A program made the position numbers and the translations under genes. Positions 24,149 to 37,263 of a stretch of DNA of 64,000 bases are shown one piece after another (the stretch's first letter is position 1; each line of letters opens with the position of its first letter). The notes beneath the pieces were generated by a model. That model saw nothing but the letters and a program-made list of their open reading frames with translations, was not told the origin of the DNA and did not search any database. The DNA is from Octopus sinensis (taxonomy: Eukaryota): NCBI RefSeq assembly GCF_006345805.1, contig NC_042997.1, forward strand, positions 248,001 through 312,000. Reading direction: 5' to 3'.

Positions 24149-26070
24149 GTTAGAGACATGCGTTCTCTATATAGAACAGACTTCGAAATGCTCAACAGAT
24201 TTCAACTTAAGCCGGTAGAGGAGTAAATGTAATGACAAGCAAGTTATGCAAGTCGATTTACACAGAATATTAGATCATTATTTTTTGGCCTACATGAACT
24301 TCATATTTTACTCAGCATCACTCCATACGATCACTCCAACAGCAAAAGACAGCATTCAAAACCAATCTCTAGAAATGTAGTACGCCATGTATATTGTACG
24401 TGTAGAAATACTTTGTCTGAAATGACAGGCAGGATCATATTTCTTAAATGCCACTCATCACATGTCTGTTCAGAAAGAGTCGACTTAGGTGTAAATAGCA
24501 ATTAAAAAGTATAAAATGTGTTACATAACTTCCATTGGGGAAAGACCAATAATAATTTCTTTGCTAAGTTATACTAACATCTGTCTGTTTATATGTGGTT
24601 AGATATGTATTTCTTCTTACTAACAAACATAGTTTCTTTGGTAATCCAACCACCTATAGTAACTTAATTAACAAGTCGATGCTGAAGTTTAAAAGAGAAA
24701 CATAGTAATCATTATACAAGAAACGATGATATGGAAGAATATGAATCATAGATAAGACTTTAGAAGTTTGTTCAGGAAGCATTCAAACATGAATCTCGTT
24801 TATCATTTTCCTGTAACGTCTTTATAAAAATTAGCATGCCATTGACGTTTGCAGACGCAGATTAGCGATATTACAGAAGAATAAGATATAATTGCGGAGT
24901 GATTATAATGCAAAGTATTATTCTGGTCTGTGGGAAATTCAAAAGCTTCCAGTATAGTGTATTCTGTGAATGGCTTGATAGGTGAAATTGCTCAATTTAT
25001 ATAAAAGCAAAATTGACTTCATTGGTCCTTATCTGTCACATTTATTACCAAGATGGTGGCTTATCTGTCACATTTATCACCGACTCTTGGAAACCTTAAA
25101 GTGATGAGTTTCAGTCTTCGTTGCCAATATGTACGTTATTGACTGAGAACAATAAAACTTCAACACAAATCATTTTAACCTATTAAGAAGGAACATAGTA
25201 ACGATACGTTCTGTCATGAACCTCAGAAAGAAATGAAAATAATGTGTATAATGGCTCAAATATCATGCTGGCTTTTAATAGAAATAAAAATGCATTTATG
25301 CCCTCATCAATCCTTAAAATATGCATAGTGTTTAATATGCTGTAGTTATCTGTCATGAGCAACACGGGATTATAATCAAAGACATCTATTTCCAGAGTAG
25401 TGTCGATATATGTTCGTATGTGCATATGCCTTGGTGATGAGTGTGTGTGTGTGTGTGTGGTGTGTGTGTGTGTGTGTGCGTGCACGCGCGTTTGTTTGTG
25501 GCAGTTAAATTGTGTACGAGCGAAGCCGATAAGTTGACCAGATACCAGGTGATGTTAAAATATTAACCTATGTATATAAGTTTCAAAATAAAGTATGCTG
25601 ATTTGAAAACTTAAAAAAATGCCCAATTTTTAGGAAGAGTTCATTATAATATGTTTTATTTTTACCTGTTTTTTTGTTACACCTTATTTCCATAAACTAC
25701 CAGCATTCTCTCATTGAATTCTGGTATAGAAACTCATAATCACATTATTCTACCTTTTTGTTTATAAGTACTACATTATGATCTCGCTGCTCAGAGTTTG
25801 CTGGTCGTGTTCTGCATCAAGTGAAGCTAGATCAGTCTACTTACTCTGCTTAAATAATGCATTAACCGATAACCCTAATTGTTTATCCTCACAGTGTTAT
25901 GTCTTTGGAATCTCCGCATTGTATATGTTCCTTTTCTCTGAAGTCCGTTCCCTCAATATCATAGATGTTAGAAGACTGCAAAATATATAACTGTTGCTAC
26001 GTCTAAAGAAATTCATTTAAAGAGATGAACTACAAGAATATATTCAATAAAAATAGTATTAAAGAAACTG

Positions 26071-26111
<41 letters not shown>

Positions 26112-26493
26112 CCTCAAACCTACCCTTCTATTTCTTTCACTAAGTACAACTCACACTGAGCCTAAAGGCAACCACTTGGTTTAGGTAGTCAAATAACTAG
26201 GCTGTTATTATCAGCAATGTATTTTGATAATATGAATTAACGGCAACAACGCAAGGGGTGGGGGATAGTGGGGCTAGAAAATGAGAAAGAAAAGAGAAAG
26301 AGGAAAGGAAAATGTGACGAAGAAGAAACATGATTGTGATACGGAGAAAGAGGGACAGATGTGGGAAGAAGAGAGAAAGAGATAAAGTAGAGTGAGATAG
26401 CCGGGAGAGACAGGGAGGAAAACGAGAAGGAAGAAGGAAAAAGAAGAGGAAGAGAGAAAATTGCTTATTGTTAGTTTGTTTGACAGGGAGCTC

Positions 26494-26931
26494 TCACAAT
26501 GTGATTCACCTATTGAAAATAACAGTGTAAACTCTGACGATTCACACTTTTGTCTTGAATTAAAACCAATAAATACCTTATATATAAACGATAAAATTGT
26601 CTACACTGGTTTTGTTCGATAGAAAAAAATATATATCGCCTGTAGTGCGCAGAGATGGCTTCGATTTAAAATGTAATCTTTGATAAGACTAATGTTTGTG
26701 CTTTATGATTAATTTTACAGCTATATCTAACAGATCTTGCGCCTGTGCAGTTGCTCCCTCTCTTTAGCTCAAAGTCGCCTTTCTGTCGAACAAAACTATG
26801 ATGAAAGACGTCCAAGTGTAGATAACTCTATTGTTTATATATACGGAATTTTATTGGTTTTAATTCAAGACAAAGGTGTGAATCGTCGGGAGTTTACGCT
26901 GTTATTTTCAAGAGGTCGAATCACCTTGTGA
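26494..26931. repeat. Inverted repeat, ~80-bp arms (26494-26574 and 26849-26931), immediately 5' of a PLE remnant
   Basis: tcacaatgtgattcacctattgaaaataacagtgtaaactc...ttgaattaaaaccaataaat recurs as its reverse complement. Confidence 0.85.
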
Positions 26932-26939
26932 TTAACCCT

Positions 26940-28400
26940 CGATATTATCATAAGGACAATCTCAATTAGAATCTCCACTCTATCAGCAGATGAGATCTTT
27001 AATGCACATGCCCTATTTTATAATCAAGCCCTAAAATTAAGTGGCTTTCTTGATCATATTTTCTACATATCTGACACCAAACTGAAGCCAAATTAGCTAA
27101 TCCCCCATCTGACATTAATCTTGAAATTACTAACGTGATTTCTTCTTTAAATTATAAATGTATAAGAAAGCCTTTTGTTAACCAGGCTAAATTTCATAAC
27201 CTTCATTTTAGTAACCGTAACAAACGTAGCCCATCTATATCTGAACACCCTAATGTTGTAACCCATTCTAAATCTAGAAAAAGAGAAATTAAAATTATTT
27301 GGTTTGCCCCAACCCATTTTCTCTTAGAGTCAAAAACTTATCAAATCTGTTCTTTAAGATTCTAAAATAAAATTCTCCTAAGCAGCACAAATATTACTCC
27401 ATATTTAACAAACACTCTATAAAGTTATCTCACTCTACCACGCCGAATTTGAGATGTATAATTGCATCGACAAATAGAAATGCACTCAACTTCAAATGAC
27501 TAAAAGCTTAGATCACGATAAGGTCCAAATAAAATTAATAAAACAATAATGTAATTCTATCTAAATCTAAGCGCAATCAATCCAAACTAAGCATAGGTCA
27601 ACCTGATACAACCTTAATAAATCCGAGTAAAACTAAAGATAGGAATGGAAAAAAATTGGAACTGCAGGGTCCCCGAATTATGTCCGCTCGCTGGATTTTG
27701 TTTACGAAAAAATGTAATTTATATATGTTTTGTGGTAAAAGACAAATACTAAGTAAGGCTATACATAGGAAGCATTATAGATTTTAAGAGACGATATAGA
27801 ACCCATTTAAATTCCTTCAGTAGGCTAAAATATAAAAACTCAACGGCAGTACCTAGGTACATACATGATTTAAAATTACAGATTACCTTGGTCTATTATA
27901 GATAAGGCCTCCCCCATACCACACGATTATGGGCAAATGTAGAATGTGCATAAAAGAATCATACACCATCCTCCGCTTGTATAATTTTACAGTATTAAAT
28001 ACGTTTTCCGATGCTATTCATTCGTGAAACCACAGATATTATTCAACTTTCATGAAACTTTTTTAAATCCGAATGTACTCAACAATAGAGCCTTACTAAG
28101 TTACGTCGCACCACTTAACATTATATTTCCTGTAACACGATATTGCCAATATAAATATAAATTTTAATAAAGACACAAAGTAATGTAATTTTTACTCGCA
28201 TCAGCTCTCATATAGACTACCACCATTTGCACAGATATATCTGTTCTTCTATAAAAGCTCCCAGTTACCTCATACCTTGGCAACAAGCTGAATGTATTTC
28301 TACCGTAAACATTACTTTTCCCTGTTGAAGGAGACGTTCTCTGAAATTTTTCTTACTAGGAGTATTGAATCCCTGAAACGGCCGTAGGAATATTTTCTTT
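26940..28400 (+). mobile_element. 5'-truncated Penelope-like element: RT thumb/linker, GIY-YIG endonuclease, 3' region with degenerate HHR
   Basis: Motifs ISIRISTLSADE, FYNQALKLSGF, RKREIKIIWFAP, YYSIFNKHSIKV, NCRVPELCPLAGFCLRKNVIY, LYIGSIIDFKRRYRTHLNSF, NSTAVPRYIHDLK, WSIIDKASP and GKCRMCIKE; frameshifted. Confidence 0.88.
28352..28390 (+). ncRNA. Degenerate hammerhead remnant at the 3' end of the PLE
   Basis: CTTACTA-GGA gtattgaa TCC ct-GAAA-CGGCCG-TA; palindromic stem III and GUA triplet intact, core has 2 mismatches to CTGANGA. Confidence 0.4.
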
Positions 28401-28793
28401 TAATATGTAACCTAAAAGCCTTTTTGTTTTGATGCCTATTATTGTCTCTTCGCGGTATTTTAAAGTCTATTTAAAAAACAAAACGTTTTTATCTATAATC
28501 TTATGCTTCAGTATACTATTACTATGATTGTATATTCATATAGTTATAATGTCCATATATATTTTAATATTCATAAACTTGTATATTTTTACATGCATTT
28601 TTATATGTATTTTAATATATCAATATATGTTTTCTGGATAATTTTTATCTTAAATCAAATCCGTATAAATATGTGCTTATTGTAGTTTTTCTAATTTGAA
28701 CTTTCTCCGTTCCATTTATTACACTTGTCTAACGTCTTAGGTTCAACTTGAACACTTCTATGTGGCCTGTATATTTCGTAAGAAAAATATAAC

Positions 28794-28842
<49 letters not shown>

Positions 28843-28844
<2 letters not shown>

Positions 28845-29122
28845 AGGCACAATGGCACAGTGGTTAGCGCAGCGGGCTCGCGGTTGTAGGATCGCGGCTT
28901 ATATTCCCAGATCGGGCGTTGTGAGTGTTTATTGAGCGAAAACAACTAAAGCTCCACAAGGCTCCGGCAGGGATGTGGTGGCGATCCCTGCTGTAGTCTA
29001 TCGCCACAACTTTCTCTCACTCTTTCTTCTGTTGGCCTGGTCGCTGAAGGCTAAAAACAATGCGAAGCGCATTGTGACCAGCGATTTGTAGCAACATCTG
29101 ATAGCCTGTTCAGTCACGGTCA
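28843..29122 (+). mobile_element. tRNA-derived SINE, third family (C)
   Basis: A-box TGGCACAGTGG at 28853-28863, degenerate B-box ggcttatattccc, non-tRNA body; follows a (TG)n tract. Confidence 0.75.
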
Positions 29123-29139
29123 TATATTTATACATATAT

Positions 29140-29560
29140 AATTGAAAAAATTGAAGTCAACAAGAAGGAGTACGGTTGGACATTTATTTCTTTATCACTA
29201 CAATTGTTTTCACGCAACGTATTTCTCAAGGCCTGCAGGTTCTTGATTATGCAACCGCATCCTTGCATTATGAGATCCAGTTATGATTCTTCACGCAATG
29301 TGTAAATATTGTCTCCGTAAGTTCAAATTCTCGGCTCCAAGAACATCCTCTCTGTCTGTCTTGGCCTGAATTTAGTAGTAATTACAGATATTATCAGGGT
29401 GTATTGCTGCCGAAGGGTCGTTGGCAACTGATTTGACTGTGTAGATGTAGTGGGATGTTGATTTCTGGTACTGCTAAGATGGTTGCAGTTTTAAAGGGAT
29501 TTCTTTGTACTGTTGATTTGTACTTCACGGTTGGTTACACATGCAATTCTCCTTAACTGA
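29140..29560 (-). mobile_element. Possible PLE 3'-end remnant with degenerate HHR at 29196-29232
   Basis: Minus strand CTTGAGA aat ACG ttg CGT GAAA-A-CAATTG-TA; nearby ERMFLEPRI weakly resembles a GIY-YIG C-terminus. Confidence 0.35.
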
Positions 29561-30188
29561 CCCTTAAGATACGGCCTATACGTATACTGACATGTTGGTT
29601 CACATATACATCCATATACGGTGGGACAGACACACATACGCGCACACGCACACAAACACACATAACGCACATATTTATATTCACACACACACACACATAT
29701 ATAATTATATGTATACACACACACACAAGCACACACCGAGTAACCTCCATTTCTAAGTTTCCTGAAGCATCTGTGTCATGAGACGTGATTCTTAATTATT
29801 TACGAAGCTTAGCGTTTCACTTGGAATTTTCTAGAATGACTAGCGTTCCATTAATGAAAACAGATTGCTAACACAGCTCTTCGCTTCTTAGTCGATTAAA
29901 CTTCAAGCCATTCACGCCATTGTTATGTCCGTCTATTTCTCTATGCCACATGACTAAAAACCACCACTTAGCTGTTATTTCTATATTTCCTATTTCTGAA
30001 CTTTCTTGCATAAATGACTTCATTCAACTAGATTCTACATTTTGATTATGCTTTATCGTTAACCAATAAATAAAAAAAATATTTTTATGAAGTAAATATA
30101 TAGTTCTTCAATCCTTTCTTCTTTGTAAGAATTCTTGTAATAATAAACACGCAGCCATATCAATACTTGTTACTGAACATATATTCTT

Positions 30189-30281
<93 letters not shown>

Positions 30282-30296
30282 TTATTATATAGAAGG

Positions 30297-30347
30297 AGCT
30301 TCTACAGGACTAGGACTGTTTCATTCAAGAGAAATCTTCAGGAAGCT
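30297..30347 (-). ncRNA. Complete type I hammerhead ribozyme motif, left arm
   Basis: Minus strand AGCUUC-CUGAAGA-U UUC UCUU GAA U-GAAA-CAG UCCUAGUC CUG-UA/GAAGCU. Confidence 0.78.
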
Positions 30348-30486
30348 AGTTAACAAGAATTGTATTGGCATTTATACATTTAGGCAGGTTTATAGGGGTG
30401 GTGGGGGGGACTTTTTGGGAAGTCCCCCACCACCACCCCTATAAACCTGCCAAAATGTATAAATGCCAATACAATTCTTGTTAACT

Positions 30487-30537
30487 AGCTTCCTGAAGAT
30501 TTCTCTTGAATGAAACAGTTCTAGTCCTGTAGAAGCT
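30487..30537 (+). ncRNA. Complete type I hammerhead ribozyme motif, right arm
   Basis: Stem I AGCUUC/GAAGCU (6 bp), core CUGAAGA 30493-30499, stem II UUC/GAA, GAAA 30512-30515, stem III CAG/CUG, GUA triplet; cleavage predicted after 30531. Confidence 0.78.
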
Positions 30538-30620
30538 CCTTCTATATAATAAATTAATTTTACTCTGCTATGTATTGAGTACCTTATTTACTGTGGTTAA
30601 CCCCAAATCAACCCGGGACC

Positions 30621-30716
<96 letters not shown>

Positions 30717-30722
30717 ATAAAC

Positions 30723-30761
<39 letters not shown>

Positions 30762-30764
30762 AAC

Positions 30765-30800
<36 letters not shown>

Positions 30801-31204
30801 ATGAATGTATGCATGTGTTTTAAATGTCTAAAGACCATCTAATTTCATGATCTCAAGTTATGCTGAATTGAGGACCCCATAATAAGGGCGAACTGGTGCT
30901 ATCTGCAATTACTTGGGAACACCTAAAGTACCCAAAAAACAAAAGAAACAACAAACAGCATAAAAGGAATATAAGGCTATATGGAAGTATTATTTCATAT
31001 GCTCTGTCATTTATAGGAAGAAGACTTCACATGGAAAAGATGGAAAACCCCCAAAATTATAAATTCTGAAGGGAAAATATTCTCTCTTATCACACAGTAA
31101 TCTCTCACTTACACACACACACTCACACGCCTCTCTCTCTCCTTCTCTTACTCCGTAAGCACCTATAAGCAGCAGCAACAACATACATAAATATATACAT
31201 ACAC

Positions 31205-31235
<31 letters not shown>

Positions 31236-31309
31236 TGTATGTATGTATGTATGTATATGTATGTATATGTATGTATATGTATGAATATATATATGTATGT
31301 ACACATATA

Positions 31310-31387
<78 letters not shown>

Positions 31388-31391
31388 CATA

Positions 31392-32162
31392 CAGGGTACG
31401 GTGGGTAACTTGTCGCCATTTTAGATTTTTAATTTTACGCATGAACATTCTTTGTTTTTGATTTTGTTGACTACGCAGTATACTAGGGTCATCTGGGCAC
31501 CGTCTGTGAGAAATTCGAAATGACATGTACTGCTTGGCATTATTCCGAAAGGTCCAATACGAACATTTCAGAGAGCTTGGGTGTCAATCTGAGGACATGT
31601 ACCCAAAGTGATAAAAATCAAGCATCAAGTCAACATCAGGGTATTTGAAGTGATCACTAGTGATGGCGACGTTATGCCTCCATTCATCTTCTCATACAAC
31701 CTCAGACACAACAAAGAAGTCTGTATCAAGTGCTTGGAGGAGGTAGTGCTGCCCTGGGCCAAGATAGTGGCTGCTGGAAGAACCCAAGTCTGACAACGGA
31801 ACGCTGTATCATGCCACACAAGCAGGAGAACCTAGTCGTGGTTGTCAGACAATTTCTGCAACCACATCACCCCCTAACATCTGGCCACATAACTCCCTAG
31901 ACTGCAACCCTCTTGATTATTATGTGTGGGACGCAGTTGAGTGGGAGACCAACAAAACTCTTTGTAATACCAAAGATGAACTGAAGGCAAGGATTATGGC
32001 AGTGTCCGCCAACTTAAACAAAGAGATCATCCAAAAGAGAAGCAGGAGATTCCGAAGTAGTCTAGAAACCCTGGTTGAAGCAAAGGCAATTTTATTGAAT
32101 AAATTTACTCTTTAATATTTCAAGATATTTTAATGTAATTTCGATTTATTCTCTGCGTCCTA
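31392..32162 (+). mobile_element. Internally deleted Tc1/mariner-superfamily element, maT (DD37D)-like
   Basis: TA-CAGGGTACGGTGGG left end; motifs VITSDGDVMPPFIF, CLEEVVLPW, WPHNSLDCNPLDYYVWDAVE and TKDELKARI. Spacing from the (mutated) second Asp to NPLD is 37; the right TIR is only weakly recognisable. Confidence 0.8.
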
Positions 32163-32171
32163 TATATATTA

Positions 32172-32305
32172 TTTTATTCTTTTATTTGTTTCAGTCATTT
32201 GACTGCAGCCATGCTGGAGCACCGCTTTTAGTCGAACAAATTGATCCCAGGACTTATTCTTTGTAAGCCAAGTAACTATCCTATCAGTCTCTCTTGCCGA
32301 ACTAT
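32172..32305 (-). mobile_element. 3' fragment of SINE family A
   Basis: tttatttgtttcagtcatttgactgcagccatgctggagcaccgc is the reverse complement of the tail at 13935-13980. Confidence 0.85.
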
Positions 32306-34743
32306 AATATCTCACTGAAAATCATTCAGAGAGTAGTCTCTCTGCTTTCTGTCTGATTTCGTATTGTGTATATAATAATTCGAAATATTAACAAAGATGT
32401 AGTTCACATACATTTTAGAAGCAGTAGATTAGTTATTCCTCATTATCAGAAAGTTGAGTCACATTCTCCAGTATATACACTGTAAGTGATATAAATAATA
32501 TCAGCTATAATGCGAATTTATGAAACGCTACTAATATCTATGTTAGATATTCTAACATGAGAGTGTAATATTAAAGGTTCGGAGTCATTACGATAAAATG
32601 TTTACCTAGTCATATATCGATCTATTTCTTATTAGTGAGTAATGGTACAAATTTATTAAAGAGTAAGTGAAACTAAATATGGCTGTAGGGATATTCCGCG
32701 GTGGGGTTTATAAGTTTACAATTTGTTGTGGGCTATACACTACTATGGAGACTTGAATAGTAGTTATAAACCCTGAAAATATTCAGCGCAGCAAGCAAAA
32801 TATAAAGAATGGCAAATGGTGCTATTGCATCAGAGTCTATATGAGATCACATATTCTTTAAATACGATCGAATATATTACAACAGATAAGCTCAATGTGA
32901 AGAAAACGATTTGATACGGCTTACCAGTGTGAGCTGCTTCCATCCATCTTTCAAAAATTAATAAATGCGCTACTAGTTAGGTTATTAATGAAAGTGATAA
33001 TTGGTACGAGGTGATGTGAATTCATAACATAACAATTTTATTTTATAGAGTCAATTTACATTTCTTTCTAACATTAAGAAATATTTAAGTCCACCATTCT
33101 AACGAGAATACTAAGGGTTATAATCAACAATAATTATCAAGCGTGGGGTAGGCTTCATTGATAATCATAGACTTAATTATATTTGTAGCTTTTATGACAT
33201 CAATCGTAATAATAATATCGTCATCTAGAATAACTAAGAAGTTGCCTTCTGATGGAATCTATGAGTGTTAAAAGTCTTCTATTAAGAAATGTAGATTTAA
33301 TGTTTCAAAAGTCGCGTCACTTTTCAGATCAAACAACCCTCTTACAAGCTGATAATTATTTGCTAATGATAGGATTGTGAATTCCTAAATAGAGTTCGAC
33401 GTATGAACATAGATAGCTTGCAAATTTGGACATCTTCTTTTGTTTTTATTACAAGAACATGATCTATGGTGTTTGAGTAAAATTATGACTAGTCTGAATT
33501 TCAGGTTGGAATTTCGCTTAGATCATTGTTATACACTTCAACCGGACATGTGGATGAATTTACTTCTAAGAAATATGTGTTTTGTTTTGAAGACATTTTG
33601 CTTTTACTATGTTCAAAGTGCGAATAATATACGTTATAAGATAAAATAGAAATAACCAAAAACGTAAAGCAAAGTAAATGAAAGTAAAGTTTGTCTAAAT
33701 AGATAAGAAAAGATATACATTTGAATTTAACTGATTTACTTAGTTATCCTTTTCAGAGAATAGATTTCTTATATCGGCCAGAATTAACGGCTCAGGTGTT
33801 GTATCTATCTGAATGATCAAACACTTGGACTTTACAATTACAGAAATAATATATTTTCTCTTCTTTCCATTATATCTAATATCTGCTATTTAAATATATA
33901 TTTCTTTCTCTTCCTCTTATATTCCTCTCTCTCTGTATTTATTTCTATTTCCTTTTCCTTAACTTCCTTTATTTCATATTTTACTTCTCTCTTTTTCCTT
34001 TTCTCATTCCTTACACATAATTTTTCTATCAATTTTACTTTTTATTTGCATTAGCTTACCCCATCTCTTTTCTGTGGTCCATTTTCCTTTCTATTTTACT
34101 TCATTCAAATATTCCATTTATATTTTCTTCTAATCTAATTTCTTCCTTTCTTCACATTTTATTTTCTTCTCATTTCTATCTACCCTTTTTCTGATTATTT
34201 TTTCAATCGGTTCTTTCACTACATTACTTCCTATCCTCTATTACCACCTCTATATCTTAATTTCTCAGTATTCCTTTCCATTTTGCAATCCATTATTTCT
34301 CCTGTCTCTCCCCGCCCCTTTCTCGTTCTATCTATTTACATTACCTTTCTCTATATCCAGTCATTTCTCATATGTTTGTAATCTCACATTACACTGTAAA
34401 AATTTTACTATAGAAATATAAACTCTCGGGAATGCTTACATATTTATTAATAGTAAATTATATTCGCAAAAAGATAAGCATAAAAAGCTAGTTGGAAAAT
34501 ATGTATAAATCTACTTAGTATAGCTGGTAGATCTGATAATAACTCATCTCAGCACTGTTTTTGCTGTACATGGAAAGCAATCAGCAGGAAAAACCTTATC
34601 GGATTCTGGTGAATTCCAACAGGTAGGAAGCTTGACTACATTACTATTATATATCATTCATGAGAATCTATTTAGTGGCTGCCTCCTGCAGAAATTAAGT
34701 TCGAATATTCTTTTTTTATAGGATTTATCTCTTGAAAGACGAT

Positions 34744-34778
<35 letters not shown>

Positions 34779-36847
34779 TCTATCTATTCGTTAACATTAT
34801 TTGAGTTATACAATTGTTGCTCACCATACAAAAGTTGGCTATTAAAACTTAGCTATGAATGATTTTGAAAGTGACTTCATTAGGAACCTTGTTTGCTGCT
34901 ACGTTTTCGTATCCAAGTTCGCATTTATATTTGCTACAAAGCATAAAAGTACATACTGATAATATATAGTTGCATAATGCAAGCAGATATAAATACAGAG
35001 ATACAACATACATTTGCAGAATATCAAAGTGTGCTATGAGTATGTATCTCCAAGAACGTTCTTAAAATTTACTCGCGTCTCAGAAAGATGATTTATTGGA
35101 CGTCTTCTAGAATATAATTGTTCTTTATTCCTTCATTCTTTCACTCCGTAATAGTTTGAGAAATATGTAACTATTTTTTAATCTTTCTTTGTATCATACC
35201 CAGCACCACAATAATTTCCGGCTAATTTTTAATATTTTTTATCCTATAGAAGTTTTTGGATGTTTTTATTCCAATCGTTCTACCATATGATGATAATATA
35301 TGAAATAGCTGCTTAGATTCCATTTTCAGTCATAAACTATCTCATTTTCACTCATTTCAGGCAATCTATGACTTATATTCTCTGCGGTGAATCGTAAAGT
35401 AAACGGGCATGTGCATGCTCATTCTGAAATATTAAGCTTTGTGACATAAAGAGCCAAATATGGAGTAATGTTTTTTTTTATGCCCTATCATACAAATCAA
35501 ATGTTCCAGCAGCAGCAGCCTACACCAACACGACAACTCATTGCGTCATGCGGAAAACACGACACAACTCTTTCTGTCATAAGACAACTACACTTCTATC
35601 AGAGTATATTTTGTAAATAGAAACAGAAAGTATAAAGCGTGTTTTTTTTTTAATGAACAATAGTATATAAGGCAGTGTTATGTAAATACAATCCAAAGTG
35701 AAGCCACTTCTGTCATGCAGAAGAAGTCAGTAAAATGCCCCTACGTTAATTTTTAAAAATGGGGGAACTAATAGGTGGCCAATTTGTAATTTTATATATG
35801 AACAATAACATCCACTGAAACAAGATAGGTGACAGACGGTAATCTAAACTACTTGCAGTCATTCAATTCCTTTCCAATTTGCTGAGTAAACCGTTCTTAA
35901 GATTTTACCAATAAATCTTACAGAAACGAAAGTATAGAAATATATTTTGCTTATATTCTCACCTCCAACAAGTCTCTGAAGATAATCTGGGACAATACAA
36001 ATCGCTAACCTATACCAATAGGTGATTATACTTTGGTAATACCTTTACCTATGCGACTCCTTGTACTTTACGTTCACCCTTAAAACACTAACGTGTCTTT
36101 CTTTATGCACTTCCTTTATAAAAGCTTCAGCCTTATAAAAGTTAGCCTAATTCGGTCATTGCATCCGTCCCAAACTTTCATTTATTTCGTTATTATTTTC
36201 ATTTGTAACACAGCTAAGTAATGTACATACATTGATTCCCTTGTGCACTTATCGCGTGAAACCTACTAAATAATACGGACCTATTAGTACATGTTCTTCC
36301 TTATCTTTTTGGTGAGCCATTTTTTAGTAAATTCCAGCCAAACTCTACTCTCTTACTGAAACTTGAAGAACTATTTTTTTATTTTCGCTACCATTCAATT
36401 CATTTCCCTAAATTGCGTGATTCAACTTCATTCATCTTCACAACAGTTAAATACACTACTGTTTTAGTTATACCTTGATATACTATAACGTGCATAGCAC
36501 ATCGTGAGTCATGTTCAACACTATTTACATATTTTAACGATCATTCTCTATATTATCTTTGTACTTTTCAACTTCCCAGGGAAAATAACAGACGCTAAAA
36601 GGCCAAGGTCAGGCGTAGAAGACACAAAGAGTGACTCGCACTTACAAGTCCCCCAACAACTCTCCCTTGCGATAACCCCCCCCCGGCTTTCCTATACTAT
36701 CCTTAACCTGAAAAACTACCTCAGGCATCGGGGCCATTTGCACCCATCAAGTTGAAGAGGATCAATCATTGACAACAGATCTACTACACGGATGCGAGTT
36801 AACGCCGTCGACGGCAATATTACATATGATATCCTTATCCTTATCTT

Positions 36848-37263
36848 GCGGGCGAGCTGGCAGAACCGTTAGCACGCCGGGCGAAATGCTTAGCGGTATT
36901 TTGTCTGCCGTTACGTTGTGAGTTCAAATTCCGTTGAGGTCGACTTTACCTTTCATCCTTTCGGGGTCGATAAATTAAGTATCATTTACGCACTGGGGTC
37001 GACGTAATCGACTTAATACCTATGTCTGTCTTTGTTTGTCCCCTCTGTGTTTAGCCCCTTGTGGGTAATAAAGAAATAGGTATTTTGTCTGCCGTTACGT
37101 TGTGAGTTCAAATTCCGCCGAGGTCGACTTTACCTTTCATCCTTTCGGGGTCGATTAATTAAGTACCATTTACGCACTGGGGTCGATGTAATCGATTTAA
37201 TACCTATGTCTATCTTTGTTTGTCCCCTCTATGTTTAGCCTCTTGTGGGTAATAAAGAAATAG
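36848..37263 (+). mobile_element. SINE family B: head plus two tandem ~183-bp bodies
   Basis: Head ggcgagctggcagaaccgttagc...gagttcaaattcc; the body gaggtcgactttacctttcatcctttcggggtcga...aaagaaatag occurs twice (second copy from ~37080). Confidence 0.9.

Larger units (their letters stand above)
30281..30553. repeat. Near-perfect foldback (arms ~133 bp, loop TTTGGG at 30414-30419) next to (TA)n
   Basis: Paired positions sum to 60834; I saw about 2-3 mismatches and one indel near the loop. Confidence 0.97.

Noticed and set aside
25028-25081. 22-bp direct repeats with a 10-bp spacer (CRISPR-like)
   Set aside because: Only two copies, short spacer, eukaryotic context; a simple 32-bp tandem duplication.
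36805-36816. Perfect 12-bp palindrome GCCGTCGACGGC as a Helitron terminator
   Set aside because: No CTAG/CTRR downstream and no matching 5' end.
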